Positions 1 through 12,721 of a stretch of DNA of 20,733 bases are shown here, piece by piece. The position numbers and the translations under genes were made by a program. The notes below the pieces were generated by a model. That model saw only the letters and a program-made list of their open reading frames with translations. It had not been told where the DNA came from and ran no database searches. The number at the start of each line of letters is the position of its first letter. The stretch's first letter is position 1. Where the stretch lies: the NCBI GenBank assembly GCA_024626585.2, contig JANKJI020000001.1, positions 6,080,878-6,101,610 on the forward strand, written 5' to 3'. Source of the stretch: Ginkgo biloba. Lineage: Eukaryota > Plantae > Ginkgophyta.

Positions 1-1846
1 AGATACCTACATGTAAGGTGAAAATAGGATACATACCCCATTGGTGAAAGTAGTAATTTGCATTATTAATGCTATTTATACTTGTCATGCAAGTAGATAA
101 TTTAATGACCTACAAATGGAAAATACCCCATAATGATCTATCCACTAGATTCTAACTTAAAACAAATTCCAATCTCATCATAACAAACTATACATCAAAG
201 TATATTGTAAATAGAGTAAATGATGAGACAATTTGTCTCACCAAAATTAATAATTCCATTCAAACACTACAATTAAATCATCAACTCAATCTTGTAATTT
301 TCAAGTGGTGACTGGAAGTTGGAATTTCATCTATCACTAATATTTAATCTATAAAAATAGATCTTGGTATTGGGTATAATTCTAAAATACAATCATTCTA
401 GATATCCAAATCAAATGGGAAGGACAAAACTAATATTTATAGAATAAATGTAATAAACAATTAAGTAAACTAAAATTAATTTATAATTTCTTGAAAAAAA
501 AAAATCCAATTTAAGACATAAATCAGTTCTTTGGAGATATGTTACATAATAAATACTAATAGTTTGTTTTCAATGACATCAAATCCAAATATGAGAAAAT
601 TTGATAATGCTTTTATGTATAAGAATGTTCAATGCATGTAAGGTTATTTTGTTACAAATTTCAACAATTGATGAATCTAGAAAGGAAACCAATCAACATG
701 GAAGAGCTTATGCAAAAGGAAATTGATAGAATGGGTCTACTTTTTAAACATTATAATTCTTAACAATATTTGAAGACTTTTCTATACAATTAGACATGTT
801 GTGATTTCTATGTCAGTCATTATTTTCTACCAGTATTATTACATTTTAATGTTNNNNNNNNNNNNNNNNNNTAGATGAACATTGATATTTTTTTGTTGTT
901 TCTTTTTTCTAGTATTAAAGACAAAATTTTGTTGTTTTACATGGTTAGTATATTTTAAGCGATAAAAACGACAAACTACAAATGTATGTAACTTAAAAGG
1001 AGTCAAAAATATTATAACAATTGCCCAAAATTGAAAGAAAGGGGCTAAGGAGAGGTATATAAGGGTGGGAGTTATTAGAAGCTAATGCCATAAATATATG
1101 TGAATATAAAACATGACTAGGACCCCTAGAAATTGATGTTTNNNNNNNNNNNNNNNNNNNNNNNNNNNNNNNNNNNNNNNNNNNNNNNNNNNNNNNNNNN
1201 NNNNNNNNNNNNNNNNNNNNNNNNNNNNNNNNNNNNNNNNNNNNNNNNNNNNNNNNNNNNNNNNNNNNNNNNNNNNNNNNNNNNNNNNNNNNNNNNNNNN
1301 NNNNNNNNNNNNNNNNNNNNNNNNNNNNNNNNNNNNNNNNNNNNNNNNNNNNNNNNNNNNNNNNNNNNNNNNNNNNNNNNNNNNNNNNNNNNNNNNNNNN
1401 NNNNNNNNNNNNNNNNNNNNNNNNNNNNNNNNNNNNNNNNNNNNNNNNNNNNNNNNNNNNNNNNNNNNNNNNNNNNNNNNNNNNNNNNNNNNNNNNNNNN
1501 NNNNNNNNNNNNNNNNNNNNNNNNNNNNNNNNNNNNNNNNNNNNNNNNNNNNNNNCAACCTTAATCATTTCTACAGCCTATTCCTATTAGTTGGTAGAAA
1601 CTAATATGGTAAAGTATTATCATTGTGCAAGTTTTACTAAATGCATTACTTAAATTAATGAATCATATAATTCTTATAGAAAAGTCCACAAGGTATTGTT
1701 GCACATTAGATAATCTCTAACCATTAAATTAAATTTTGGGTTCATATATTTTCGATGTTTCTATTTTTGTTGCGAGGTAAACTAAAATGAGGAAGCATTA
1801 ATTTTATGAAATATATTAAGTCTTTATATGTTTTTTTATAAGTACA

Positions 1847-1872
1847 CTAGTATAAACCCATGGTAATGGATC
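1847..1872 (-). mobile_element. Putative Helitron 3' terminus (hairpin + CTAG, followed by T)
   Basis: Minus strand reads GATCCATTACCATGGGTTTATACTAG|T. Stem ATCCAT/ATGGGT (one G-T pair) with a 4-nt loop, then 5 nt, CTAG and a flanking T. It resembles a CpG-decayed plant Helitron end. The 5' TC end was not identified. Confidence 0.45.
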
Positions 1873-2109
1873 GCCATAACATTCATTAAAAATAAGTTTC
1901 AAGAAGATATATTACTACCCTTATTTTAACATTTCTACAATCAGTGTTTTTTGTATGACTTCAAAGATTGCAATTACATAAAAATATACACACAAAGAAA
2001 CATTGTCCAAAAAGGTAGCCAAGAAACACAAACACGTGACCACTAAATTTTCGATTACAAACACAAAAAGATTCGGAATTATGATACTCAACATGTTCAG
2101 AAATCTTAC

Positions 2110-2375
2110 TTCATGTAATTCTGAAAGTAAATTTTCTCGCACACTTTACTCGCCAACTCCTCAACAATCTCCGCGTGCATCAACCTCAAGTGCTTTTGCA
2201 GAAATTCAGCACCACAAAAGACTTTGGTACAACCTTCGACTCCACAAACATATTTCCATCCATATTTTACATCTTTAAATTTTTTCATGAAAGGATCTAA
2301 GGCTTTAATAGTTGCAGCCTCTAGCTTTTCCTTTGCAAACATGATTTTTTATGGATCCTACAGTCTACTTTGCCT
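2110..2375 (-). pseudogene. SE: Isolated degenerate fragment of a SERRATE/ARS2 exon (C2H2 zinc-finger region)
   Basis: RQSRL*DP*KIMFAKEKLEAATIKALDPFMKKFKDVKYGWKYVCGVEGCTKVFCGAEFLQKHLRLMHAEIVEELASKVCEKIYFQNYM matches the SERRATE pattern DP..M.AKEK..AA...ALDP..RKIRDEKYGWKYGCGAKGCTKLFHAAEFV.KHL.LKH......KVRE..YFQNYMN. Stops at 2358-60 and 2349-51. Ends at an AA|GTAAG splice donor (2109). No other SE exons recognised in the window. Confidence 0.88.
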
Positions 2376-2680
2376 AGCCAAACCCAATATTTTCTTGGAA
2401 TCAACAAAAATGACATTTTCATTTCTCCTAACATATTATGAACAACATCCATTAGTTGGAAAAATAAATTGAATCAAATATCTTAATTTAAAAATATTTA
2501 TCAAGCAACATAAAATCTAAAAGTAGAAATTAGAGTGCTAACCTTTGAATCATAGATTCTAGGTATTAAGGATCACATGGAATCTATGAGAATGAAATCA
2601 ACATTATGAAATGAATTGAATATCAACATTAACCATCTTACAAAGTATGCATCTTAACACTCTTCATCTTTATGAGCTAA

Positions 2681-2741
2681 AGATATACTTTGTTTGTGCA
2701 TGGAGATATACTCTATTTATGCGTGGAGATATACTATGTTT
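2681..2741. repeat. 23-bp minisatellite, about 2.6 copies
   Basis: agatatact starts at 2681, 2704 and 2727, each followed by a similar t(g/a)ttt(g/a)tgc(a/g)tgg spacer. Confidence 0.75.
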
Positions 2742-4141
2742 TATATTCTTTGTTTTACATCTTACAAAAGTATGCACGAAAAAGAATATGTATTGAAAAT
2801 GACTGCTAGTTCATTTGAAAATCACTTACGTGCAACTTCATCTAGACATATGTCATCCTAATGAAAATCTTTATTTTCAAATATTTCTTTGAATCCATCT
2901 CTATCAAATGTTGGAATGCTATTATTATCGACCCTATCAAATGGTCACTAAATTCAGCACACATCTTTAAGAGAAACCACATTCGCTCGACTAAACTAAA
3001 CTTAAAGTNNNNNNNNNNNNNNNNNNNNNNNNNNNNNAATATTCACATGCACCATTGAGTTTACATCGCTCCCTTTGTCAAGAAGGAAAAAAATGTTGGA
3101 TAAACTTTCCAAACACGAAACTTTAAATATAAGAATGCAGAAAAAATGAAATTGATGATCATCAGAAATAAAATCTCTACAAAACCTTTTGGAAGGTCAA
3201 AAATGGTATATGTCATGTTGGCTTCAAGGAGGTGGGCTAGGCTTCCCCTGCCAAATGGCTAGATTNNNNNNNNNNNNNNNNNNNNNNNNNNNNNNNNNNN
3301 NNNNNNNNNNNNNNNNNNNNNNNNNNNNNNNNNNNNNNNNNNNNNNNNNNNNNNNNNNNNNNNNNAAAGATTCCAAATTATATGTTTTGCACTACTCATT
3401 ACAATCATAGTACACACATTACTTTTCTATGTTGATCCACCCAAAATTTCTAGTTTAGACACATGAATTAGTGTCTTTATCTCACTCGCATTTAGAATAG
3501 AAGCGATGTGATTTGATTTCCAATTTTCAGAAATAAAACAACTTATATATGGAATCATATGAGTAATTGATTCCTTTCCTTATCCTATACGGCATGTAAT
3601 GTAATAGATTCTTACTAAGTAATTCCATAATGTAGTTTTCTTAAAATGTAATGAGCCTTAATGGCTCTTTCTCTTTCTTTCACTCTTGAACCATTTGGTT
3701 TTCTCCTACATAGTTGGGATTCTTATCCATAGCAATGTCGCCCTTTTGGGAAGATTAATATTCCAATATCAACATCTTTTCTTTTCAGTAATTTGTGTGT
3801 CTATGTACATACATGTGATGTTATGATTTGTATTTATTATGATCCCAAATTACCTCAATATTGTTTAGATTTGAAAACTATATGATTGTTTTCATAAATT
3901 ATCTTGCAGTGATTTCTAGATATGCTTCGGCTTTGTATTTCAATGAGGGATTTCATATCATATATAATGTCCACTTGTAACGTTTTACTTGAAAAAATAC
4001 AAGAAATATCACCTTCAAATTTAATTGAACGAATGGTATCATGTAGCATAAGTTGGCAACCTACGTAAAAAAGAAAATCCATAAAATTTAAAGTTTTTAA
4101 AAGTTTGAAAATAAAATGGTGCAATTCTATCATTGATTATG

Positions 4142-4312
4142 CTTTGTAATGACAAATCCAGTTACTATATCCAACCAAAAGACAAAAAAAAACTATGGTA
4201 ATGAATCTTCATCATGTTCACACTAATCTATAATCATTTATTCTTTTTAATGACAAATTTAATCACTACATCCTATCAAAAGAGGAAGAAAATAAGTTAA
4301 TGAAACTTCATT
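4142..4312. repeat. Diverged ~100-bp tandem duplication
   Basis: ctttgtaatgacaaatccagttactatatccaaccaaaaga...aatgaatcttcat versus ctttttaatgacaaatttaatcactacatcctatcaaaaga...aatgaaacttcat. Confidence 0.7.
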
Positions 4313-4559
4313 CCATATTTTTATAAATGATTTTATTTTCAAAGATTCATAATTAAGACATGCAATTAAATGTGACCATATTTTAAATTCAATTTAATTC
4401 TCATTTTTTAATAATTTATTCTTTAAATAAAGATTGTCTAACAAATAAAAAAATATGATNNNNNNNNNNNNNNNNNNNNNNNNNNNNNNNNNNNNNNNNN
4501 NNNNNNNNNNNNNNNNNNNNNNNNNNNNNNNNNNNNNNNNNNNNNNNNNNNNNNNNNNN

Positions 4560-6320
4560 GATCCTTCTAGTACTGAGGCATTAGAATAGTCGAATCCTCC
4601 ATAGCCTCCATCTTAATGATAATTTATTCTACCATTGTCATTGCCTTCTCAACCTCCCTAAGTGCCTCCTGCACTAATTATGGTTGTCTATGGAAATATT
4701 GACCTAAAAAGGTAGCCTCTTTGACCATCACCTCAATAGCCTCTGTGTAGGAGTAGTAAGTCTCTAAAGATTCATGTGCCTAATTTTTNNNNNNNNNNNN
4801 NNNNNNNNNNNNNNNNNNNNNNNNNNNNNNNNNNNNNNNNNNNNNTCAAAACTTCCTGAGGGTCTGTAGCTCCTTGTCAACATCCTGCTTAAATTTTTGT
4901 AGGATCCTAACCTCCTATTAGAGTTTATTGGATTTTACCTCTTCCTATATATATTGACCATGTTGTCAGTTAATGATTGTCCACAGTATGTTCATGGTTA
5001 TTTTATCTTCAAGTATGTGGGATATATCTATGTGAATTTTTACCTTGGCATTTGTAGATTGTACAAGCTCATCCATTTCCTAGGTTACTTCTTGAACCCT
5101 CTTTTTGAATGAGCTCACACGTTCTAACCTGACCATGTTCTCCTCATACATGATTTGTTGTATCTGCATGAAGGTCTCTATGCGCAGTTTGGAATTGATT
5201 ATGGTGACACAACTCGGTGACTAATCTTGGAATATTATTTTTGGGATCATTAGGGGCTTGTTAATTTCTCAAAACTTGAAGATTTTCCATCCCATAGTAC
5301 ATCGCTTGCTAGACTTCGTTGATTCTTTTTTGGACAACAAAGTGTTGCTTATGTCTATCCGCTTGTTTACTTCAACACTTTTGTCAATATGGTGTTGTGT
5401 CTCTCCTTGTATCATATCCTCCTATTGTTCCTTTTTCATCGTTGGCCTAGACTTCTTCTCTTTTTGTCACTCCCTCTCATAGAACTGCATAAAGGATTGA
5501 GTCTCTTGGAGTATGTCAGTGCTTGAAGGTTGTTCATGTTTTCCTATGGGTGCTTCGATTCCTGTTGATATTGTATGTTGCTCTTGGTGGACCTTTATTG
5601 TTGATGTTGTGTCGGTTCTAACTATTGTTCCCTTATCTATTTATGTCAAATTATTTCCTTGGTATTAAATCTACTACTATTGCTATTATTGTGATTGTTG
5701 TTGTTGCTCTTATTCTTATTGTTTTTATTGCTCTCCTAGTCATCCTTCTTCTTANNNNNNNNNNNNNNNNNNNNNNNNNNNNNNNNNNNNNNNNNNNNNN
5801 NNNNNNNNNNNNNNNNNNNNNNNNNNNNNNNNNNNNNNNNNNNNNNNNNNNNNNGAGACCTCAACCCCATGAGGAGCAAGGCCCTAAGTTATCGTCATAT
5901 AGATAAATCCCAAGGACTTAATCATTATGGGTTCTTATTCACCCTTACCACAGCCTTTTAGGCACCCCAAGAGGAGGAGTCCTGAGGGGATATCCCTTGT
6001 CAATCATCTATACCATTGCACACTTGTATAATCTCTGGTCCCTTTTTCTCTATGTTTTACTATTATGATCTTAAGAGGCACACGATCATGTCATGTGGCA
6101 TGATCTTGTGGGTCCTAGGCTCACAGTTTATTTCACTTGATTCTAGTGGGGAGAATTGTGACAAGGGGAGAAGCCCCAAACTGTTGCCATATGTTGGCTT
6201 CTCAGGATCCCAAAGGCTTGTGAACATTTCACCCAAGTGTTTGGCCTTCTCAAATCTACTACAACGGAGGATGCTTTGATAGACTGCTACGTGCCACTCA
6301 TTCAAACACCTACACACAAG
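4560..6320 (-). pseudogene. Decayed long ORF with coiled-coil-like and low-complexity segments, probably an accessory ORF of an LTR retrotransposon
   Basis: Minus frames read as helical E/K/Q-rich protein with scattered stops, e.g. LVQEALREVEKAMTMVE*IIIKMEAMED and MVRLERVSSFKKRVQEVT*EMDELVQ. It lies antisense to, and near, a Ty3 integrase fragment. No named domain recognised. Confidence 0.4.
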
Positions 6321-6754
6321 GTGCTAAAAAAAAAAACCCGTGAAGTCATTTCTACATAAAAAATTAATATTTTCAAAATCACGAAGGGAGGCCACTTATC
6401 ACACCAGAGTAAAGCATAAATTCAAAAATTTAAAATGCTAAGTGATTTTTTTGGGGGGGACTCTGGTGTGCCATTTTCTTTGTGGGAAGACTCTAAGGGA
6501 GTGAGCACGATGACATTGGGGAGATTTGATCAATAAAGGGCGCTTTAATGCATTTAGAGGCCAGGGCGAATAATCTCAGGAGCTTGGCATTGAAGGTTTG
6601 GGCGATGGAGAAGCACTAAATCATGAAGGGTGATCTCTTATACGAATAAAAACTTGGGAGGGCCGACTCAATTCACAAAATTTTCCTTGGATGCAAAATG
6701 ATAAGGAATCGCTTTATAAAGACAGCATACTCGATGACTATATTTTTTAAAGTT

Positions 6755-6870
6755 CCTTTCAAGAAATGGGCGATAGACTTTGTCGGGCCATTTTTATTCA
6801 AGTCTAATGCATGCAACCCTGATATATTATAGTAGTAACTAACTATGTTATAAAATGGGTAGAAGAAACT
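6755..6870 (+). mobile_element. Ty3/gypsy integrase core fragment (non-chromovirus-like)
   Basis: PFKKWAIDFVGPF, then after a frameshift YIIVVTNYVIKWVEE, matching the rve start motif PFEKW.IDFVGP...YIIVATDY.TKWVEA. Confidence 0.8.
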
Positions 6871-7269
6871 TCGGNNNNNNNNNNNTGATTACCCAAACTC
6901 CAAAAATGGGGAGGATACATTCCTCACATCAAAAGAAGTCCTTAAGATAACAGACAATGACCAAGCCAAAATAGAAGAAGTGCAACCACTAACTGAAGAA
7001 GTAAAAACTTCAATCAAGAAAAGCTTGATAAGACATTAAGCACGTCTAAAGTAAACCAAATATTATAAAAACCTACATTCAAAAGAATTCCTTAAAGACA
7101 ATTGCACCAACATTTTCTACAATCAAACATGATAATGAGACATCAATGCAAATTCCTAATGTTATTTACNNNNNNNNNNNNNNNNNNNNNNNNNNNNNNN
7201 NNNNNNNNNNNNNNNNNNNNNNNNNNNNNNNNNNNNNNNNNNNNNNNNNNNNNNNNNNNNNNNNNNNNN

Positions 7270-9604
7270 AAAGGCATCACCAAGAACTCATAATGGCCCA
7301 AATGAGTTCTAAAAGTTGTTTTTGGAGAGTCTTTGGATCAAATTCGCATCTGATAATACTCGAATCTCAAATCAATTTTAACAAAGATAGCTACCCCATG
7401 AAGTTCATCAATGATGTCATCAATCCTAAGTATGGAAAACCTATTCTTAATAGTAGTTATATTTAACCCCCTATGGTCTACACACAACCCAAATGTACCA
7501 TTTTTCTTCCTTCACATTGATATAGGAGCAAGTGGACTCCTACTAGGTGTTATGTGACCGACTTCAAGTAACTCTTTAACCGTATTTCAATTTCAACTTT
7601 GTAATAGANNNNNNNNNNNNCGTTATTGGAGTTGTCCCCGATTTCAACTCAATAATGCGTCCCGTCCCTCAATCTAGAGGAAGACCTTTCACTAAATCTA
7701 AAAGCAAATCACTGAAAGCCTCTACCATATCATTCAAATCACGAAAAGGGGATAAAGGCTCAATGCCATCCTCTCCTTCTACAAGTTGAATAGAATAAAT
7801 ATGGACTACGAAGCCCAAGGTTCTCCTTTCCTTAACCTTTTCTTCATTTGTTGTGTAGTCACCAATTGTGGTATAGGATTCTTCATACCTTGAATTTTCA
7901 CCTCCTTACTGCCACCCTTGAACAAGATATATCGTTCATATTAAGCCCAATTTCCCCTAAAGCTCCCAACCACTGAACTCCCAACACTACACCAAATACA
8001 TTCAATGCAACCATATAAAAGTTTGAAATAAGGGTGAAACCCCTAATGCTCAACTGTAAAAACCCATACAGATTCGCTTACACTCCAAGGCTACACCATC
8101 AACAACTTGAACTTTGACCTTTGTTAATTTATCCAATGAGAGCTTCAACAACTTAGATACCAAAGATTTCAGGAAGTTACAAGTGATTCCAGTATCTAGT
8201 AGCTTTGTAACCTTCATCTTCTTTATGTAAGCGATGACTTGTGATTTTACATTCGAGAATTTTTATCATAGCTAATATACTTATGAGAGGGGTGTNNNNN
8301 NNNNNNNNNNNNNNNNNNNNNNNNNNNNNNNNNNNNNNNNNNNNNNNNNNNATACTTGGAGTTTCAATGAGGTATTTTCTTCTTCGGCCTCTTCTTCCTC
8401 CTCTTCAATGAATATAAAAGCGAGGATCTATCTTTCAAGTGAACATTTGTGGCCCAATTGCCACCTATCTTTGCATATGAAACACAATCCTCTCCACCTT
8501 AATTCCTCAACCTGTCTAAGGGTTTAGGTATTGACTCACCCTTCATTAGCTCATGAACNNNNNNNNNNNNNNNNNNACTCCTCAATTAGTAATCATTATA
8601 CCATCACTGGAAGATACTGCTATAAATGCCATTATCTGAGGCTTAACATTGGTTGTTGCTCTCTCATTAGACCACTGTAACATAGTTTCTTCGTAAGTTA
8701 GAGCCTTGTTTCCCTCTAGGAACCCTTTTAACCCATTAACAAACATAGAAACCAGCTTGGATCTACTTACTCCACTTCTTAAGACAACCAATCTTCAAAA
8801 TTCTAAAGCATAATCACTTACTAAATTGATTTGCCTACGATTCTTATGTTCTACAAAGTCATCTTCCATTTTCTTAGAATCAAAAGTCTTTACTAATTTT
8901 GCAATGAATTCATCCCAAGTTTTGAATATCTAGTCTCTCATGCTCTTGCATGTCTAGATCCAATTGATGCAAGCATTCATATGCTATCTCATTGACATGA
9001 AGCATAATTTCCTAAATCTTCTCATCTTCCATAGGATTCAACCTAAAATAGTAATTGAGCTTATGAATCCAAATCATAGCATTTATTTCATCTCTTCTCC
9101 CAGGGAACTTCAGAATCTCAAGTCTTGGTCTCTAATATTGAAGTTCTTGAGGTCTATCATTACCTCTATGATTCCTTAACTCACAAAAATCTTTGAAAGG
9201 TAAAGCTTCTCCTCCAATCTCTAAAGCTCTCGCCATAATCAGTTCATATTATTACAATTTTGATCTGTCCCTCTCAATCTTCTCCCTTCGCCTATTCTAT
9301 AAAGAGGTGCATCATCTTCATCCACAGGGGCATTTTCTACCTTTCAATCCCTTCTTGACCACCTTCTTGCTGATACCTATTCCTTTGTTAATTCATGTTT
9401 TATCCCGCAATTTCGCATAAAGCTCAACCTACAACATTGCTTGATTTNNNNNNNNNNGTCTAAAATTTTCTTCAAGATCATCCTACATGGTTGATTCTTA
9501 ATCAAGACCAACCCGATTGCCTTGACTAACTCTAGACATCTTGGTTGACTAAGTACACAAAAAATTAAAAAACTCACCTATTACCCATAGTAATAAAATT
9601 AATA
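7270..9604 (-). mobile_element. Decayed Ty3/gypsy chromovirus-like (Reina/Tekay-type) internal region: gag, protease, RT
   Basis: gag: TWDEFIAKLVKTF...SDYALEF...LVSMFVNGLK and RGLCFICKDRWQLGHKC (~8445-8500). Protease: LLDTG...VVLGVQWL (~7970-8210). RT: GLNITTIKNRFSILRIDDIIDELHGVAIFVKIDLR...KTTFRTHLGHYEFLVMP (7270-7470). Confidence 0.88.
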
Positions 9605-9616
9605 GCCCTGATACCA
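9605..9616 (-). promoter_or_regulatory. Primer-binding site (initiator tRNA-Met type) of the Ty3 element
   Basis: Minus strand ...TAACA G TGGTATCAGGGC is one mismatch from the canonical TGGTATCAGAGC. It follows an LTR-terminal CA and lies upstream of gag. Confidence 0.85.
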
Positions 9617-9617
9617 C

Positions 9618-9978
9618 TGTTAGAACCCCTCTTATTTCCTAAAATTTTTAGTTTATAAATACTCTAAGTACATAATTCTTTTTTTTTTTTTTTTNNNNNN
9701 NNNNNNNNNNATAAGGTAGAGAAATAACTATTACTAACAATCCCAAATCTGAAAAATCAAATCTAATTCACTATCAACCTGTGTACAACAATCGTAGCAT
9801 ATTTGTACTCCTCAAAGAGTACAAAGAATAACAACTGAAATGAACAATAGAATAAGTGATGCTTGGTAGGGAAATTAGTGGACAATCGAAAAATGGCATA
9901 GCCACTATTAGTTACAAGTCTAATATATATGCAAGAAAATGTCCCTACACATACAAATCTCTGACTGACTCCCTATTT
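9618..9978 (-). repeat. 3' part of the 5' LTR of the Ty3 element (continues into the 9979-10958 gap)
   Basis: Ends in CA next to the PBS. AAATAGGG at the gap edge fits an LTR TATA box (TATAAATAGGG). The second LTR is not visible. Confidence 0.65.
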
Positions 9979-11777
9979 NNNNNNNNNNNNNNNNNNNNNN
10001 NNNNNNNNNNNNNNNNNNNNNNNNNNNNNNNNNNNNNNNNNNNNNNNNNNNNNNNNNNNNNNNNNNNNNNNNNNNNNNNNNNNNNNNNNNNNNNNNNNNN
10101 NNNNNNNNNNNNNNNNNNNNNNNNNNNNNNNNNNNNNNNNNNNNNNNNNNNNNNNNNNNNNNNNNNNNNNNNNNNNNNNNNNNNNNNNNNNNNNNNNNNN
10201 NNNNNNNNNNNNNNNNNNNNNNNNNNNNNNNNNNNNNNNNNNNNNNNNNNNNNNNNNNNNNNNNNNNNNNNNNNNNNNNNNNNNNNNNNNNNNNNNNNNN
10301 NNNNNNNNNNNNNNNNNNNNNNNNNNNNNNNNNNNNNNNNNNNNNNNNNNNNNNNNNNNNNNNNNNNNNNNNNNNNNNNNNNNNNNNNNNNNNNNNNNNN
10401 NNNNNNNNNNNNNNNNNNNNNNNNNNNNNNNNNNNNNNNNNNNNNNNNNNNNNNNNNNNNNNNNNNNNNNNNNNNNNNNNNNNNNNNNNNNNNNNNNNNN
10501 NNNNNNNNNNNNNNNNNNNNNNNNNNNNNNNNNNNNNNNNNNNNNNNNNNNNNNNNNNNNNNNNNNNNNNNNNNNNNNNNNNNNNNNNNNNNNNNNNNNN
10601 NNNNNNNNNNNNNNNNNNNNNNNNNNNNNNNNNNNNNNNNNNNNNNNNNNNNNNNNNNNNNNNNNNNNNNNNNNNNNNNNNNNNNNNNNNNNNNNNNNNN
10701 NNNNNNNNNNNNNNNNNNNNNNNNNNNNNNNNNNNNNNNNNNNNNNNNNNNNNNNNNNNNNNNNNNNNNNNNNNNNNNNNNNNNNNNNNNNNNNNNNNNN
10801 NNNNNNNNNNNNNNNNNNNNNNNNNNNNNNNNNNNNNNNNNNNNNNNNNNNNNNNNNNNNNNNNNNNNNNNNNNNNNNNNNNNNNNNNNNNNNNNNNNNN
10901 NNNNNNNNNNNNNNNNNNNNNNNNNNNNNNNNNNNNNNNNNNNNNNNNNNNNNNNNNACGGATAACACCATTCATCATAACAAAAAAAAGAATGCAAATC
11001 ATAATTAATCAAAAAGAAGCAAAAGCACCAAGTAAAAGAAATCTATGCCATAAGCAACCTTAAAGTAGTATTATTGAAACTAACCAGTCTATACTTTGCC
11101 CACTACACCAAGAAAAGTTTACCTTAGTGAACCAAAACATTATACAAGAAGACCAACGGATCCTGAAAATCATAATAAAGAGTCAGAGACTTGAATTGGA
11201 TATTAATGATGCAGCCTACAAAGAATGGTGACCACAAAAATTGTAGATGTGTAAATAATAATATAGAAGACATGAAATTGTATAACTAGGCCAAAAAGCA
11301 AAAATCGATCATCTCAAGCTAAACTTTTACCATTGAAGCTTATTAACCATGAAAGACACAGATCCAGTATCCCTGGCACTTCCACTATGCAACTTGCAAA
11401 AGTCTAGAACCAAATGATGCAATTGATGATAATTTTACCAAGAGCCAACCAATACTGCCAAAGAGCAGCTAATATGAAGCACACCAAACTCCCAAAGAAT
11501 GCATGCCAAGATGAATTTCACTTTAGGTCGGCAATCTTAAATGCATAGAGATACTAAGCTACAGTCTCCATATATACTAGAATGAGGACACAAATCCGAG
11601 AGTCTACTCAACTCTCACATTCTTTTTTGTCATATTCAATATGAATCTTTCGCACAATATGAGCTGAAATCAGCATCCTCAACCTGCTTGATAACTTGAT
11701 ACAATCTAAATCACGTGTTAACAGTACAATTCTCTATTGCCTAACTTTGCAAGTGGTAGTATACCCCAAAGTCATTC

Positions 11778-12382
11778 AATACTTCAAAAATAAATTTGCA
11801 TAAATACAGGTGTAAAAATGCATATATACAATAAACATTTGCTTCCAAAATGCCCAATGCATTTGCATTATTCCTTTTAAGAGTCTCCAAGTTATTGACA
11901 AATACAAACTTTTTTCCCTCTTTTCAAGCCATTCATGGTCATTTTTGCTAGCCATTTATGGTATTTCTTGAAAATGCACAATATACTTTTTCCAAATCAT
12001 TTTTCNNNNNNNNNNNNNNNNNNNNNNNNNNNNNNNNNNNNNNNNNNNNNNNNNNNNNNNNNNNNNNNNNNNNNNNNNNNNNNNNNNNNNNNNNNNNNNN
12101 NNNNNNNNNNNNNNNNNNNNNNNNNNNNAATACTTTGAAAGTAAGATTACCAAAAAACAGGTGTAGAAATGTGTACATCCCTGAAAAACATTTGCTTCCA
12201 AAATGCCTAGAGCCATTGCATTATTTTTTTTTTTTAAGATTTTCCTGGTGGTTGACAAGCACAAGCTTTTTTTTCCACCTATTCTAGCAGTTTCAACCAC
12301 GTCATGCTCATTTTTTGTAGCCATTTTTGGCCAATTATGGTATTTCTTGAGAATGCACTATGTATTTCCAAATCAATTTTCC
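11778..12382. repeat. Diverged tandem duplication, period about 350 bp
   Basis: The blocks aatactt...acaggtgta.aaatg, aaacatttgcttccaaaatgcc and ttatggtatttcttga.aatgcac...ttccaaatca occur in both 11778-12005 and 12129-12382. Confidence 0.85.
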
Positions 12383-12721
12383 TAGTTTAAAACTAGGCTC
12401 CTTTCTTTGTAGAGTTACTCCTATTTCAACATTAGCTGGAATTCACATTTTCTTCTAAACTAGCTTTAAACTATGTAGTAGTAGCCTGGGATGGCTTTTT
12501 GTTTTTANNNNNNNNNNNNNNNNNNNNNNNNNNNNNNNNNNNNNNNNNNNNNNNNNNNNNNNTTCACCCAAAACTATAATGTTTCCTGTTTCAGGATAAC
12601 CAAAACTCCAAAATGTTGCTTCCACAATTTTGAGAACTTTTTCAGACTTCAAACACTAGCTTCGAATTCTCCCCTATCTTTTTAAGTACCATAAATCATA
12701 AAACTATCTCCATTGTTAAGG

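Noticed and set aside
1-1141. AT-rich stretch with TATA-like motifs
   Set aside because: No ORF, terminal repeat or other structure could be supported; such motifs are expected by chance at this AT content.
2106-2342. A functional SERRATE gene
   Set aside because: Only part of one exon is present, with two in-frame stops just upstream and substitutions at conserved residues.
2681-2741. CRISPR-like spacing of agatatact repeats
   Set aside because: The spacers resemble each other, so this is a plain 23-bp minisatellite in eukaryotic DNA.
5625-5906. Hydrophobic, transmembrane-looking ORF (IAIIVIVVVALILIVFIALLVILLL)
   Set aside because: It is the reverse complement of a low-complexity A-rich stretch in the decayed minus-strand ORF, and it spans a gap.
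9856-11012. Long ORFs of 330-370 aa in the ORF track (likewise 993-1568 and 18651-19535)
   Set aside because: They are open only because they run through N gaps; there is no real coding evidence.
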